From Candidatus Freyarchaeum deiterrae (GTDB lineage Archaea; Asgardarchaeota; Jordiarchaeia; Jordiarchaeales; Jordiarchaeaceae), in contig CP147778.1 in the NCBI GenBank assembly GCA_037305845.1, positions 991,069-1,015,068 on the forward strand: a stretch of DNA of 24,000 bases, read 5' to 3'. How positions within the stretch are numbered: position 1 is the first letter of the stretch; every line of letters begins with the position of its first letter. Shown piece after piece: positions 7,119 through 15,044 of this stretch. Both the position numbers and the translations under genes were made by a program. The notes beneath the pieces were generated by a model. It did no database searches and was not told where the DNA came from. It saw nothing but the letters and a program-made list of their open reading frames with translations.

Positions 7119-7865
7119 TTATCGGAACATGTCCTTTTCGGACCGTCTCATTAAATCGTTAACAGTTCCTTCTCCCTCAATATAGTTGAATCCTCTTATT
7201 ATGACGACGGGAATTCCTTCGTTAGCCTCTCCCATTATGAGCTCCGCGGCTGAAGCCAGTTCATCTGCTATGCCAACTATTGTGGATTTTAACACGTAAC
7301 CGAATAAATCCACATCGCCACGTCTATCCCACAGAGGCTTCATTCCAGACACACCCAAAGCAACATTTATCGCGCCCTCTCTGAAGGGTCTACCGTGAGT
7401 GTCTGAAATTATTACCGCAACCTTGACTCCAGTCAACTTTTCCAATTCAGTCCTTATTTCTCTAGCTGATTTCACTGAATCCTTGGGCAGAAGAGTGACG
7501 AAATTCTCACCGGGCATGTTTGATTTGTCTACTCCAGAGTTTGCGCAAATATAACCATGCTTGGTTTCTGTGATAATAGCGTACTCCATTCTAATGATTT
7601 GTCTTGCTTCCCTAAAAATAACCTCGACTTGGCGGGGATCCTTTTCGAACCGTTCACCAGTTCGTATAGCCAGATCTGAGGGAACCACTGTATTGAGATT
7701 GACTATGCTGCCCTCTGCTCTAGAAACTATGGTTTGGGCGATGACGAAAACATCCTTGTTTTGAATTTCTATTCCTTGAGCCTCAGCGGCTTCTACAATT
7801 AATTTTGGAACGTTGTCCCCTTCCTGAACTATAGGAATTTCTTTAATGCCCATTATTTGAATCAT
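7119..7865 (-). CDS. cofE: Coenzyme F420-0:L-glutamate ligase
   Basis: 248 aa with VSRAEG, ICANSGVDKSN and ISDTHGRPFREG, the CofE signatures. There is no C-terminal nitroreductase-like (FbiB-type) domain. GAGGGT SD precedes the ATG. Confidence 0.9.
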   Translation of the reverse strand: MIQIMGIKEIPIVQEGDNVPKLIVEAAEAQGIEIQNKDVFVIAQTIVSRAEGSIVNLNTVVPSDLAIRTGERFEKDPRQVEVIFREARQIIRMEYAIITETKHGYICANSGVDKSNMPGENFVTLLPKDSVKSAREIRTELEKLTGVKVAVIISDTHGRPFREGAINVALGVSGMKPLWDRRGDVDLFGYVLKSTIVGIADELASAAELIMGEANEGIPVVIIRGFNYIEGEGTVNDLMRRSEKDMFR

Positions 7866-8100
7866 TTTTCAACCCTCTAAATGTTGAAGTACATAGAGAA
7901 AATATGGTATTTAAGTGAACTGTTAGAAGAGAATAACCAACTTTTACGGGTTTTTATATTTTAAGAATGGATTTAGGGGCGGCTCTTATAAAAACTCTTT
8001 GTCCAAAAAATGGGCTTATTAAAAAAAGATAGGGAGTTGCATTTATTGCCTTACTTGTTAATTAGGGAAGCAAAACCAGAAAGTAAGTTTATTGCATTTT

Positions 8101-8535
8101 TTACTCATCGGGCGCGAGTGTACCGTCTACTATTTTGGCGATTATGTTTTCATTTGCGTAGAATGTTGCATTTTTAAAATCAAATCCTTTTGTGTCTATG
8201 CTCAGTTCGTCAATCATGTTCCCGAATGTACACACGTTAACAATTTCAATGATCTTTTTGGTTATATCATACTTTTTTGACTTGTATCTCACTATAATAG
8301 TCTGGTTTTCCCAATCTACTTCAGCGCCGTACATTTGCCTCTGTAAATTTATAGCTTCCACAATGTCGATGCTAGGATTTGATTTCATCATTTGTTCGGG
8401 TGAAGGGACACTGATTCCTTCTTTTCTTAAAAGTGAGTGTTGAACAAACATTCCAAGAAGCCAACAGCGATTAAATCTGGCAGACCAAACTTTAGGTCTT
8501 AGCGCATCACCATTACCAGACAACAGTTTCACCAA
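8101..8535 (-). CDS. Hypothetical protein (orphan; no family recognised)
   Basis: Longest ORF in the 7866-8736 gap, 144 aa with a TTG start. The C-terminal ~100 aa look protein-like (IVEAINLQRQMYGAEVDWENQTIIVRYKSKKYDITKKIIEIVNV...). The N-terminal ~28 aa (W/R/C-rich) may not be translated; an alternative ATG lies at Met29. Long AT-rich spacers flank both sides. Confidence 0.4.
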   Translation of the reverse strand: MVKLLSGNGDALRPKVWSARFNRCWLLGMFVQHSLLRKEGISVPSPEQMMKSNPSIDIVEAINLQRQMYGAEVDWENQTIIVRYKSKKYDITKKIIEIVNVCTFGNMIDELSIDTKGFDFKNATFYANENIIAKIVDGTLAPDE

Positions 8536-8736
8536 TTATTATATAAACAAGTGGGTCTAATAAACGATTTCAAGTGTGTAAATATAAATATAATTTTTAA
8601 TAAATAAAAGCATAATCACAAAAATATAGTGTTATAAATGTATTAAAGCATGATGTCACTAGTCCTAGAGAACAGAAATCAAAGTAAATTGAACATCACA
8701 ATAATCTTTTTTGGTAATTTAATTGTAGCTAATTTG

Positions 8737-9309
8737 TTAATTCGTAGAGTCCTTTTTAGTGAGGCTTCTACCTAGTTTAACCCCTCTTATTAAAGCCTGA
8801 ACGTTTTTCTCCTTTACATTCTCTTTCAAGTCCAATTGTTCCATCACGTCTAGTAAAGAATTCAGAATTGATTCTTCTGAAACGATATCTGTTATCCCTA
8901 TTAGGGCCCCAAGCATTATCATGTTAGCAGTTGTTGTTGACTGGAAATCGGACTCAGCGATTTGAGTCGAAGGGATTCTGAAAATTTTAAAATTATTTTC
9001 CTGGGAGAATTTAGCATTCTCATCGATTAAAAGTAAACCTCCCTCCTTTAAACCGCTGGTAAATTCCTCCAAGGATTCGTCGGTTAATGAAACCAGAATG
9101 TCAGGCTTCGTTACGATAGGACAAACCACCTCGTTATCAGAAATTATGACATCAGAAGTAGTTGATCCTCCTCTCATCCTCGACTCATAGTTTTGAATAT
9201 TAGTAGCGTTTTTTTCCTCATAAATCACCGCGGCACGTGACAAGACAAGCCCCAAAAACACGATTCCCTGGCCGCCTCTTCCAATAAACTGTATCTCTAA
9301 GGTCGCCAA
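8737..9309 (-). CDS. 2-oxoacid:ferredoxin oxidoreductase, gamma subunit
   Basis: 190 aa with N-terminal GRGGQGIVFLG, typical of POR/KOR gamma subunits. It follows the alpha and beta genes. Confidence 0.85.
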   Translation of the reverse strand: MATLEIQFIGRGGQGIVFLGLVLSRAAVIYEEKNATNIQNYESRMRGGSTTSDVIISDNEVVCPIVTKPDILVSLTDESLEEFTSGLKEGGLLLIDENAKFSQENNFKIFRIPSTQIAESDFQSTTTANMIMLGALIGITDIVSEESILNSLLDVMEQLDLKENVKEKNVQALIRGVKLGRSLTKKDSTN

Positions 9310-9336
9310 AATTAATTCCCTTCTTCTTCTTCTATC

Positions 9337-10257
9337 CTATTCTCTTAAAGATAATTCAAGCCAGTCCAAGTGCGGCTTCTTCAGTTTAATGATTCCCCTT
9401 TGCACACCCTCAATTAGCTTCCTATACTCAAAAGTCATTTCCGGTCTTTCCCGGTCAACAAATTCACCCAGTATCAGTTTACCAGCTGTTTCCCTTTGGG
9501 GAAGATTCTTCGCCCTTTCCAGTTTTAAAGTACGCTCGTTAAACCAATCCATTAGTTTCTTAGGGTCTGATAGTTCGTTCTTTCTACCAAACTGTGTGGG
9601 ACACTGACTGATAACTTCTATATAAGAGAACCCCCGCTTTTGTATGCCCTTGATTATTGAATTTATCACTCTCTTGGGTTGAACGGTACTCCATCGAGCC
9701 ACATAACTTGCACCGGCACTCGTTACCAGTTCGCAGAGATCAAAAAAGCCTTCAATAACGCCATAGGGAGAGGTGTAGGTGTACGCGCCCACGGGTGTAG
9801 TGGGGCTCGTCTGGCTACCGGTCAAAGCATAAACCAGATTGTTAACGCTGATTACGGTCATATCGATGTTTCTCCTAGCAGCATGCACCAGATGTGAAAT
9901 TCCTATAGCTCCGCTATCACCATCCCCGGTGAAGACGATTACTTCGAAATCAGGGTTGAAGAGTTTAATGCCCGTAGCAAAGGCCACGGCTCTCCCATGC
10001 GTGGTGTGCAGACTATCAGCGTTAATATATCCAGGTATTCGCCCCGAGCATCCTATCCCGGAAACAAAAACAGTTTCATCTATGTTTATGCCCAGTTCGT
10101 CAATAGCCCTAAGGGCGCAGTTAAGTACTATTCCATTTCCGCAACCCGGGCAGAAAACCGTGGGAAGCCTATCCTCCCGCAAATATTTTCTCAAAGGCTG
10201 AATAACACCAGTAGTTTCGCTCATGTTTCCACATCCTTCGCCTTCTATAATGTTCAC
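9337..10257 (-). CDS. 2-oxoacid:ferredoxin oxidoreductase, beta (TPP-binding) subunit
   Basis: 306 aa with FCPGCGNG, SGIGCSGR and GDGDSGAIG (TPP motif). The track start overlaps the alpha stop. An alternative ATG at 10224 gives MSETTGV. Confidence 0.9.
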   Translation of the reverse strand: MNIIEGEGCGNMSETTGVIQPLRKYLREDRLPTVFCPGCGNGIVLNCALRAIDELGINIDETVFVSGIGCSGRIPGYINADSLHTTHGRAVAFATGIKLFNPDFEVIVFTGDGDSGAIGISHLVHAARRNIDMTVISVNNLVYALTGSQTSPTTPVGAYTYTSPYGVIEGFFDLCELVTSAGASYVARWSTVQPKRVINSIIKGIQKRGFSYIEVISQCPTQFGRKNELSDPKKLMDWFNERTLKLERAKNLPQRETAGKLILGEFVDRERPEMTFEYRKLIEGVQRGIIKLKKPHLDWLELSLRE

Positions 10258-11414
10258 ACCAGTTTTTTAATCTCGTCCAGAATTTCATTAGGCTTAAATT
10301 GCCTAGCTATACCCATAATTGGAAGAACTTCCGCTTTTCCCTTAGCCGCCTCAGCTACACTGTGAATTATTTGACCCGTATTCAATTCAGGAACCAGTAT
10401 GTAATCCACCTTCTCTGCAATGTTGAGCACCTCCTCGTAGGGAAAAGGCCAGACTGTGATCAAACGCAGATAGTCAATGTTTATTCCCTCTTTCTCCGCC
10501 TCAATAACCGCCTTTAGAGCGACTCTGGAAACGCTCCCAAAAGAGACAACTGCGATCTTTGGATTTTCGGAACTACGTTTTTCAAGGTAGGTAAACTTTG
10601 ATGAATTATTAATTATTTTATCTCTTAAACGCCTAACAAGCTTTAGATGTTTTTCTGGATCATCAATAGGATAACCCTTTTCATTATGGCTCAAACCAGT
10701 GAAATGAATATGATAGCCGGCTCCAAGAGTGGGAAGTGGTGGAGGAATCCCCTCCTCGTCAGCTTTAAAGGGTAAAAATTCTTTTGGAGGAATTTCAGGA
10801 TTCCTTCTCCAAACTATTCTCAACTCATCATGGTCAGGAACCTCAACCTTTTCTCTTACATGAGCCACCTCTTCGTCAGCCAATATTATAACTGGAACCC
10901 GGTAAGTCTCCGAAATGTTGAAAGCCCTAATTGTCAAGTCAAACATCTCCTGTGGAGAAGCGGGGGCAAGAGCTATAATCATACCGTCGCCGTGTCTGCC
11001 CCAAAGAGATTGCATAACATCCCCCTGAGAAACACGCGTAGGCAACCCTGTGCTAGGCCCAGCACGCTGACAATCAACAATTACACAGGGAACCTCACAC
11101 ATAACCGCCCACCCCAAATTCTCCTGCATGAGAGAGAAACCAGGCCCGCTGGTAGCGGTCATTCCCTTTGCACCAGCCATAACAGCACCAATCACCGCCC
11201 CGATAGAAGAAATCTCATCCTCACACTGGAGAAAAACTCCGCCAATCTCTGGCATTCTACGGGCCATAACTTCCATAATCTCGGTAGCAGGAGTTATGGG
11301 ATATCCGGCGAAGAATTTACACCCCGCGGTTATCGCTCCTTCCGCACAAGCCTCATTTCCGCTCATGAAGTAAATTCCAGATTCCAAGAGAAAATCTTTC
11401 AAACCACTTCCCAT
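10254..11414 (-). CDS. 2-oxoacid:ferredoxin oxidoreductase, alpha subunit
   Basis: 386 aa with MSGNEACAEGAITAGCKFFAGYPITPATEI and TSGPGFSLMQE, typical KorA/PorA-type motifs. Substrate specificity (2-oxoglutarate, pyruvate or other) cannot be read from sequence by eye. Confidence 0.9.
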   Translation of the reverse strand: MGSGLKDFLLESGIYFMSGNEACAEGAITAGCKFFAGYPITPATEIMEVMARRMPEIGGVFLQCEDEISSIGAVIGAVMAGAKGMTATSGPGFSLMQENLGWAVMCEVPCVIVDCQRAGPSTGLPTRVSQGDVMQSLWGRHGDGMIIALAPASPQEMFDLTIRAFNISETYRVPVIILADEEVAHVREKVEVPDHDELRIVWRRNPEIPPKEFLPFKADEEGIPPPLPTLGAGYHIHFTGLSHNEKGYPIDDPEKHLKLVRRLRDKIINNSSKFTYLEKRSSENPKIAVVSFGSVSRVALKAVIEAEKEGINIDYLRLITVWPFPYEEVLNIAEKVDYILVPELNTGQIIHSVAEAAKGKAEVLPIMGIARQFKPNEILDEIKKLV

Positions 11415-11708
11415 AGGCTACACCAATCAATAAATATCACTGAATCTATTTTAATTTATGTAAAGTTTCCTTTTTTAATTATGTGTAATTGTTTAGATTA
11501 GTGTATTTCTGGTAACATAATAGAAATCTGCAACGACCCCGATAAAAATAGTAATGGAACAAACTTATCAAAAAACAAAGATGAGAGAATGTCAATAACC
11601 ACGAAAACTAAACGATTAGTGAAGAGGTTGACATATATTTATAAAAAATACAAGCCCCTCAGAAGCCCCTAAAAGGGTAAACATATTTTGTAAAAAGTTT
11701 GAAGAAAA

Positions 11709-11724
11709 ACTCAAAAAAAAGAAA
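11709..11724 (-). terminator. Oligo-T tract (T8 on the minus strand) after the 845-aa gene
   Basis: A8 at 11713-11720 on + equals U8 in the minus-strand transcript, about 30 nt downstream of the stop at 11749-11751. Confidence 0.4.
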
Positions 11725-11748
11725 GGTGTGGGTGAAGTAGCAGTTGTT

Positions 11749-14286
11749 TTAACAGACAGTAAGTGGTTTCGTGCAGCTACAGAAGAAAGCTCTTCCACCT
11801 ATGGCGAGCATCTGTGTTGATGTTTCTTCTCTGTAAATAGTTAGAATGATTTTTCCGAGTACGCCCTCACCGTAGTAGAATTCGAATTGCCCCATCCTGC
11901 AGTGTTTTGTAATGTTCCAGGTGGCTATTTGGTCGCCTACCTGTATTCGAATCATGTGCTCTGAGAGGAACAGGGTAGCATTCCCACTAAACCATTGTTT
12001 GCCTATTAGAAGACCGCCACAGCCCTGGAATGCCTGTTCCATAATGACTGTGGTTGTTTTCGGCGTTTCTTTGTTTCCTGCGTTATCAACGCTGTAGTAG
12101 TCTATGGTGTAGGTTCCGATTGGACCCGTGATATTGAAGGCTCCAACATACTCAGTCCAGTTACCACCGTTGATACGGTAGTAGGTGTTTGCAACTCCTG
12201 AACCGGGAGCAGCGTCGGTGGCTGTGAGAGTGAAAACCGTGCTGGATGTAACATAGATGCTGCCATTCCCGTCAGTGTAGTGGGTTCCAATAATTAATGC
12301 GGTTGTAGGAGGCGTCTTATCGATACATATTGTTTCAGACTTTACAGTTTCCATGTTGCCTGCATTGTCTGTTGACCTGTAATATAATGTAGTTACTCCC
12401 TCGTCTGTGAGGGTGAATGAACCGGTGTAAGTGATCCAGTTGACGTTATCAAAGCTGTAGTTTGTTATGTTTACACCAGAACCAGAAATGCCATCTGTTG
12501 CCGATAAATTGACCATGACATTTGTTACATACCAGCCTCCGAGCCCTAGGGTGCCGTCTAAGCTAATCGTGGTAGTTGGAGCTGTCTTATCGATCAATAT
12601 TGTCTCGGAATTTGTTGTTTCCACGTTGCCTGCGATGTCAGTTGAGTTATAATAGACTGTCGTGGATCCCTCATTTGTGATAGTGAACGGACCTGTATAG
12701 TTAATCCAATTAATTCCATCGAAACTATACGCTGTGTTGGCTACACCTGAAATGTCGTCCATTGCGGATAGCTTGGCAGTCACATCTGATACATACCAGC
12801 CTTCAAGTCCTGAGATGCCGCTTAAATTGATCGTAGTAATTGGCGGCGTCGTATCCCAGGGTAGTAGCATAAATGCATCTGCTTTTTCGTCCCTGGTATC
12901 CCAATTCTGTATTGTTAGAGTGTAAGTGTATACTGGATAATTGCTTTCTATTCTGCCTATTTCATCCGTAACCAGGTTGTCTTTGGGTTGGTTTGGATTT
13001 TGTACTCTGTGAGGGGGGTTAAATGTCTGTCCAGCGTTCAAGTATACAGTGTATTCGAAAACGCCGTCATAGTTGATGTCTATTTTTATTTCAGTGTTAT
13101 CATGTGTTGCACCTATGGTGTAGGCTTTCTGGTAACTTGTTCCAAGTTGACTTGTTGGCTCAAGCAGTTGTGAGAAGGTGTAGTGTCTGTATACTCCAGC
13201 CCAAATGTCGCGCGCATAGATATCGAGTAAATATACTACTCCGATTGGCTTATCACTTGTAATGTGTGAAGAAAAACTTGTGCCTGTTTGGTATGGTAAG
13301 GTTCCGCCTTCATTTAAGGCGTAGTTGTTGCCATCTATGTTGATTAGTGTGTTATCTTGGGTTGCTACTATTCGAAAACCAGAATAGTCAGTAGCATCCA
13401 CGTATCTGAGTGAGATATCAAGATTGAACCAGTAGTCGGTTCCTAACCTGTTTGTGGGAAGCACTGCGTAAGAAAAGGTGTTGTCTCTGTTAGCCCAGTT
13501 CATGCTAACTGCAACCACTCCTATAGGATTGTTAGAAGTTATGTGCGTTCCAGCCGGTGGATTCTGGTAATTTAAAGCAGCTCCTATTCCCTGATTAGCC
13601 CAGGTCATTTCTGGGAAACCGTCGTTATTTGTGTCTATTTGGATATTAGTGCTGGGTGTGGTTGAAACTATGTAGAGGGCCATACAATTGGAAGGAAGAT
13701 AATAATCCATTCCTAAAACATTGGTCGGCAGAGCCTCGTAACTCAAGATTACACTGTCATATATACTATAATCTTCAGAATATATGTGATAGAAAACTGC
13801 AACTGGTTTATCACTAACGATGCGAGTCCCTGAAAGCGGATTTGAAAACGTTACTGGTTGGTTCGCTACCAAATTTAATACGTAATCAAAGTTTCCATCG
13901 TTATCCAAGTCTATTTTGACCTGTGTATCTTGAGCTGAAAACATCCATATATAAGAACCAAAGTTATTTGGACCCCTAAAAGTATTATCCGAGAAAGGCA
14001 GGTAATAATCTGTTCCTACGGTTATAATTGGTGCTTCAGTTGGGTCATTCGGAAATTGTTGCATCGTGTTAGTTTCTTTGTTCACTGCATTCTCAACTAA
14101 GGCATTTAATCCTTTCATATTTTTTAAGCTGTTTTGAAAATAAGTTTGCGTTAATGTATTTGTTAGTGAATTGTACTGTACCGCTTGTTGGTTATGAAAG
14201 GCTAATAATATTGAACCGGAAGATAAAGCAAAAGCCGTTATTAGGATAAGTGCTAGAATTCTTTTTCTATTTTTGAATGTACTCAT
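11749..14286 (-). CDS. Large secreted or membrane-anchored modular repeat protein (adhesin/S-layer-associated type)
   Basis: 845 aa with a basic N-terminus plus hydrophobic helix (KNRKRILALILITAFALSSGSILLAF), i.e. a signal peptide or anchor. Four degenerate ~95-aa beta-sandwich repeats and three tandem ~90-aa Ig-like repeats follow, then a Cys-rich 95-aa C-terminal domain. GGGGAAAAGGA precedes the ATG. Confidence 0.85.
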   Translation of the reverse strand: MSTFKNRKRILALILITAFALSSGSILLAFHNQQAVQYNSLTNTLTQTYFQNSLKNMKGLNALVENAVNKETNTMQQFPNDPTEAPIITVGTDYYLPFSDNTFRGPNNFGSYIWMFSAQDTQVKIDLDNDGNFDYVLNLVANQPVTFSNPLSGTRIVSDKPVAVFYHIYSEDYSIYDSVILSYEALPTNVLGMDYYLPSNCMALYIVSTTPSTNIQIDTNNDGFPEMTWANQGIGAALNYQNPPAGTHITSNNPIGVVAVSMNWANRDNTFSYAVLPTNRLGTDYWFNLDISLRYVDATDYSGFRIVATQDNTLINIDGNNYALNEGGTLPYQTGTSFSSHITSDKPIGVVYLLDIYARDIWAGVYRHYTFSQLLEPTSQLGTSYQKAYTIGATHDNTEIKIDINYDGVFEYTVYLNAGQTFNPPHRVQNPNQPKDNLVTDEIGRIESNYPVYTYTLTIQNWDTRDEKADAFMLLPWDTTPPITTINLSGISGLEGWYVSDVTAKLSAMDDISGVANTAYSFDGINWINYTGPFTITNEGSTTVYYNSTDIAGNVETTNSETILIDKTAPTTTISLDGTLGLGGWYVTNVMVNLSATDGISGSGVNITNYSFDNVNWITYTGSFTLTDEGVTTLYYRSTDNAGNMETVKSETICIDKTPPTTALIIGTHYTDGNGSIYVTSSTVFTLTATDAAPGSGVANTYYRINGGNWTEYVGAFNITGPIGTYTIDYYSVDNAGNKETPKTTTVIMEQAFQGCGGLLIGKQWFSGNATLFLSEHMIRIQVGDQIATWNITKHCRMGQFEFYYGEGVLGKIILTIYREETSTQMLAIGGRAFFCSCTKPLTVC
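12037..12855 (-). repeat. Three tandem Ig-like/OmpL47-type beta-barrel domain repeats (residues 478-567, 568-657, 658-750)
   Basis: Recurrent pattern DKT(A/P)P(T)TT...GWYV..V...L.A.D..SGV..T.YS.D...W..YTG.F.(I/L)T.EG..T(V/L)YY.S.D.AGN.E......I.ID. Repeats 1 and 2 are roughly half identical at the protein level by eye. Confidence 0.7.
12856..14025 (-). repeat. Four degenerate ~95-residue repeats (IgGFc-binding-N-terminal-like beta-sandwich pattern) within the 845-aa protein
   Basis: Each unit begins (A)LPTN.LG.DY(Y/W) and contains I.(A/S)T.D.T.I.ID. It ends in G(T/S).I(T/V)S(D/N).P(I/V)(G/A)V(V/F). Units cover residues ~88-168, 184-262, 274-355 and 374-455. DxDNDG/DTNNDG/NYDG inserts look like Ca-binding turns. 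Confidence 0.55.
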
Positions 14287-14341
14287 TATTCCTTTTCCCC
14301 TTTTAGATTTTTTCTTCTTTCTTGTTTTTGGGTATTTTTTT

Positions 14342-14407
14342 CATTGCGCCCCTCCTCGGCGCTCCCTACAGGTACTGTAGAGAGGTTTATCCCCTCTGCA
14401 TTGCGCC
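14342..14407 (-). promoter_or_regulatory. GC-rich three-hairpin element flanked by a 9-nt direct repeat, in the upstream/leader region of the 845-aa gene
   Basis: H1 is gcgcc 14346-14350 paired with ggcgc 14358-14362. H2 is ctacag 14366-14371 paired with ctgtag 14375-14380. H3 is agagg 14381-14385 paired with cctct 14393-14397. The repeat cattgcgcc occurs at 14342-14350 and 14399-14407. The transcribed strand is unknown; I assigned minus because of the downstream gene. Confidence 0.3.
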
Positions 14408-15044
14408 ATTTGTAGTGGTTGAATCCCCTCACTATTTCCCCGAATCCCAGTATTTCAGATTCCCAAGAAATTTTGAAAACGTTTTATTTATTTCTTTTAA
14501 TTTATATATAAATTTTTCTTTGAAATTAAATATAAGTGATTTATATAAGTGCTTTATTTTGATATAAACTTTGTACAGATTTTTCATAAATTCATCAAAA
14601 TTCCAGAGAGCCGTCTTGAACATCACCAAAGGGGTTACCACACCTGGCGTGTAGAAATGGGTATAACGGATTTATAAAAGTTCAAAATGTACTTCGCAGG
14701 TACTGGGAATGGGAGAATAAGTAAAATTTGGGGGATGAGAGAGGAAAATTTCTGTGTGCCATTAGATAAATTATAGCGTGACATATACCGTTATTGAAGG
14801 GGTATCCGAAAAAGCTTTACAAGGCAATTGGGGTGATTAGCAACGTAGCGAACTGACTTCTTTTTAAATAATGTTTCATATCTCTCTGAGCTATATAAAT
14901 AGTCTCAGCTAGCATCCGTCGGATTACTGCTGGGATGCGGATGCAAGTGAGTTATTAAGATTACTTTAAAAAATATTATTATTGTAAACTGTTTTTAAAA
15001 ATAGTAAAATTTGTAATTTAAAAATTTGGGGGGGGTCTAGGCAT

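Noticed and set aside
8191-8214. 24-nt segment 21/24 identical to 10081-10104. It encodes IDELSIDT in the orphan protein and IDELGINI in the oxidoreductase beta subunit.
   Set aside because: It is short, similarity does not extend on either side, and a match of this size is roughly at chance level for a 24-kb window.
8055-8742. 9-bp direct repeat ttgttaatt (8055-8063 and 8734-8742) bracketing the orphan gene; considered as a possible target-site duplication of an inserted element
   Set aside because: A 9-mer made mostly of A/T is expected to recur by chance in these AT-rich spacers. There are no inverted repeats, integrase or transposase, and the second copy overlaps the oxidoreductase gamma-subunit stop.
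10830-11501. 223-aa + strand ORF, with similar long antisense ORFs at 6426..6944, 9839..10201, 9997..10365 and 16293..16649
   Set aside because: All lie antisense to genes with unmistakable family motifs (KorA, CofD, KorB, ABC-2 permease). Their translations are Ser/Arg/Pro/Leu-rich shadow-frame sequences.
12037-12855. Tandem Ig-like repeats considered as a hypervariable or diversity-generating retroelement target
   Set aside because: The window holds no reverse transcriptase and no template-repeat copy. The repeats are diverged at protein level in a way consistent with ordinary domain duplication.
14322-14641. ORFs 14322..14567 (+, 81 aa) and 14432..14641 (-, 69 aa) in the intergenic gap
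   Set aside because: They cross extremely AT-rich, palindromic, TATA-like DNA and give low-complexity K/I/F/N-rich peptides. There is no convincing RBS, so the region is better read as promoter/leader.
14833-14856. C/D-box sRNA-like pattern: gtgatta followed 14 nt later by ctga
   Set aside because: The C box is imperfect (UGAUUA, not UGAUGA). There is no C'/D' pair, no terminal stem, and only half the expected length.
15028-15035. G8 homopolymer (C8 on the minus strand) just after the permease stop
   Set aside because: It is non-coding, so phase variation of a protein is not possible. It is probably part of the terminator-proximal region, next to an oligo-T tract on the minus strand.
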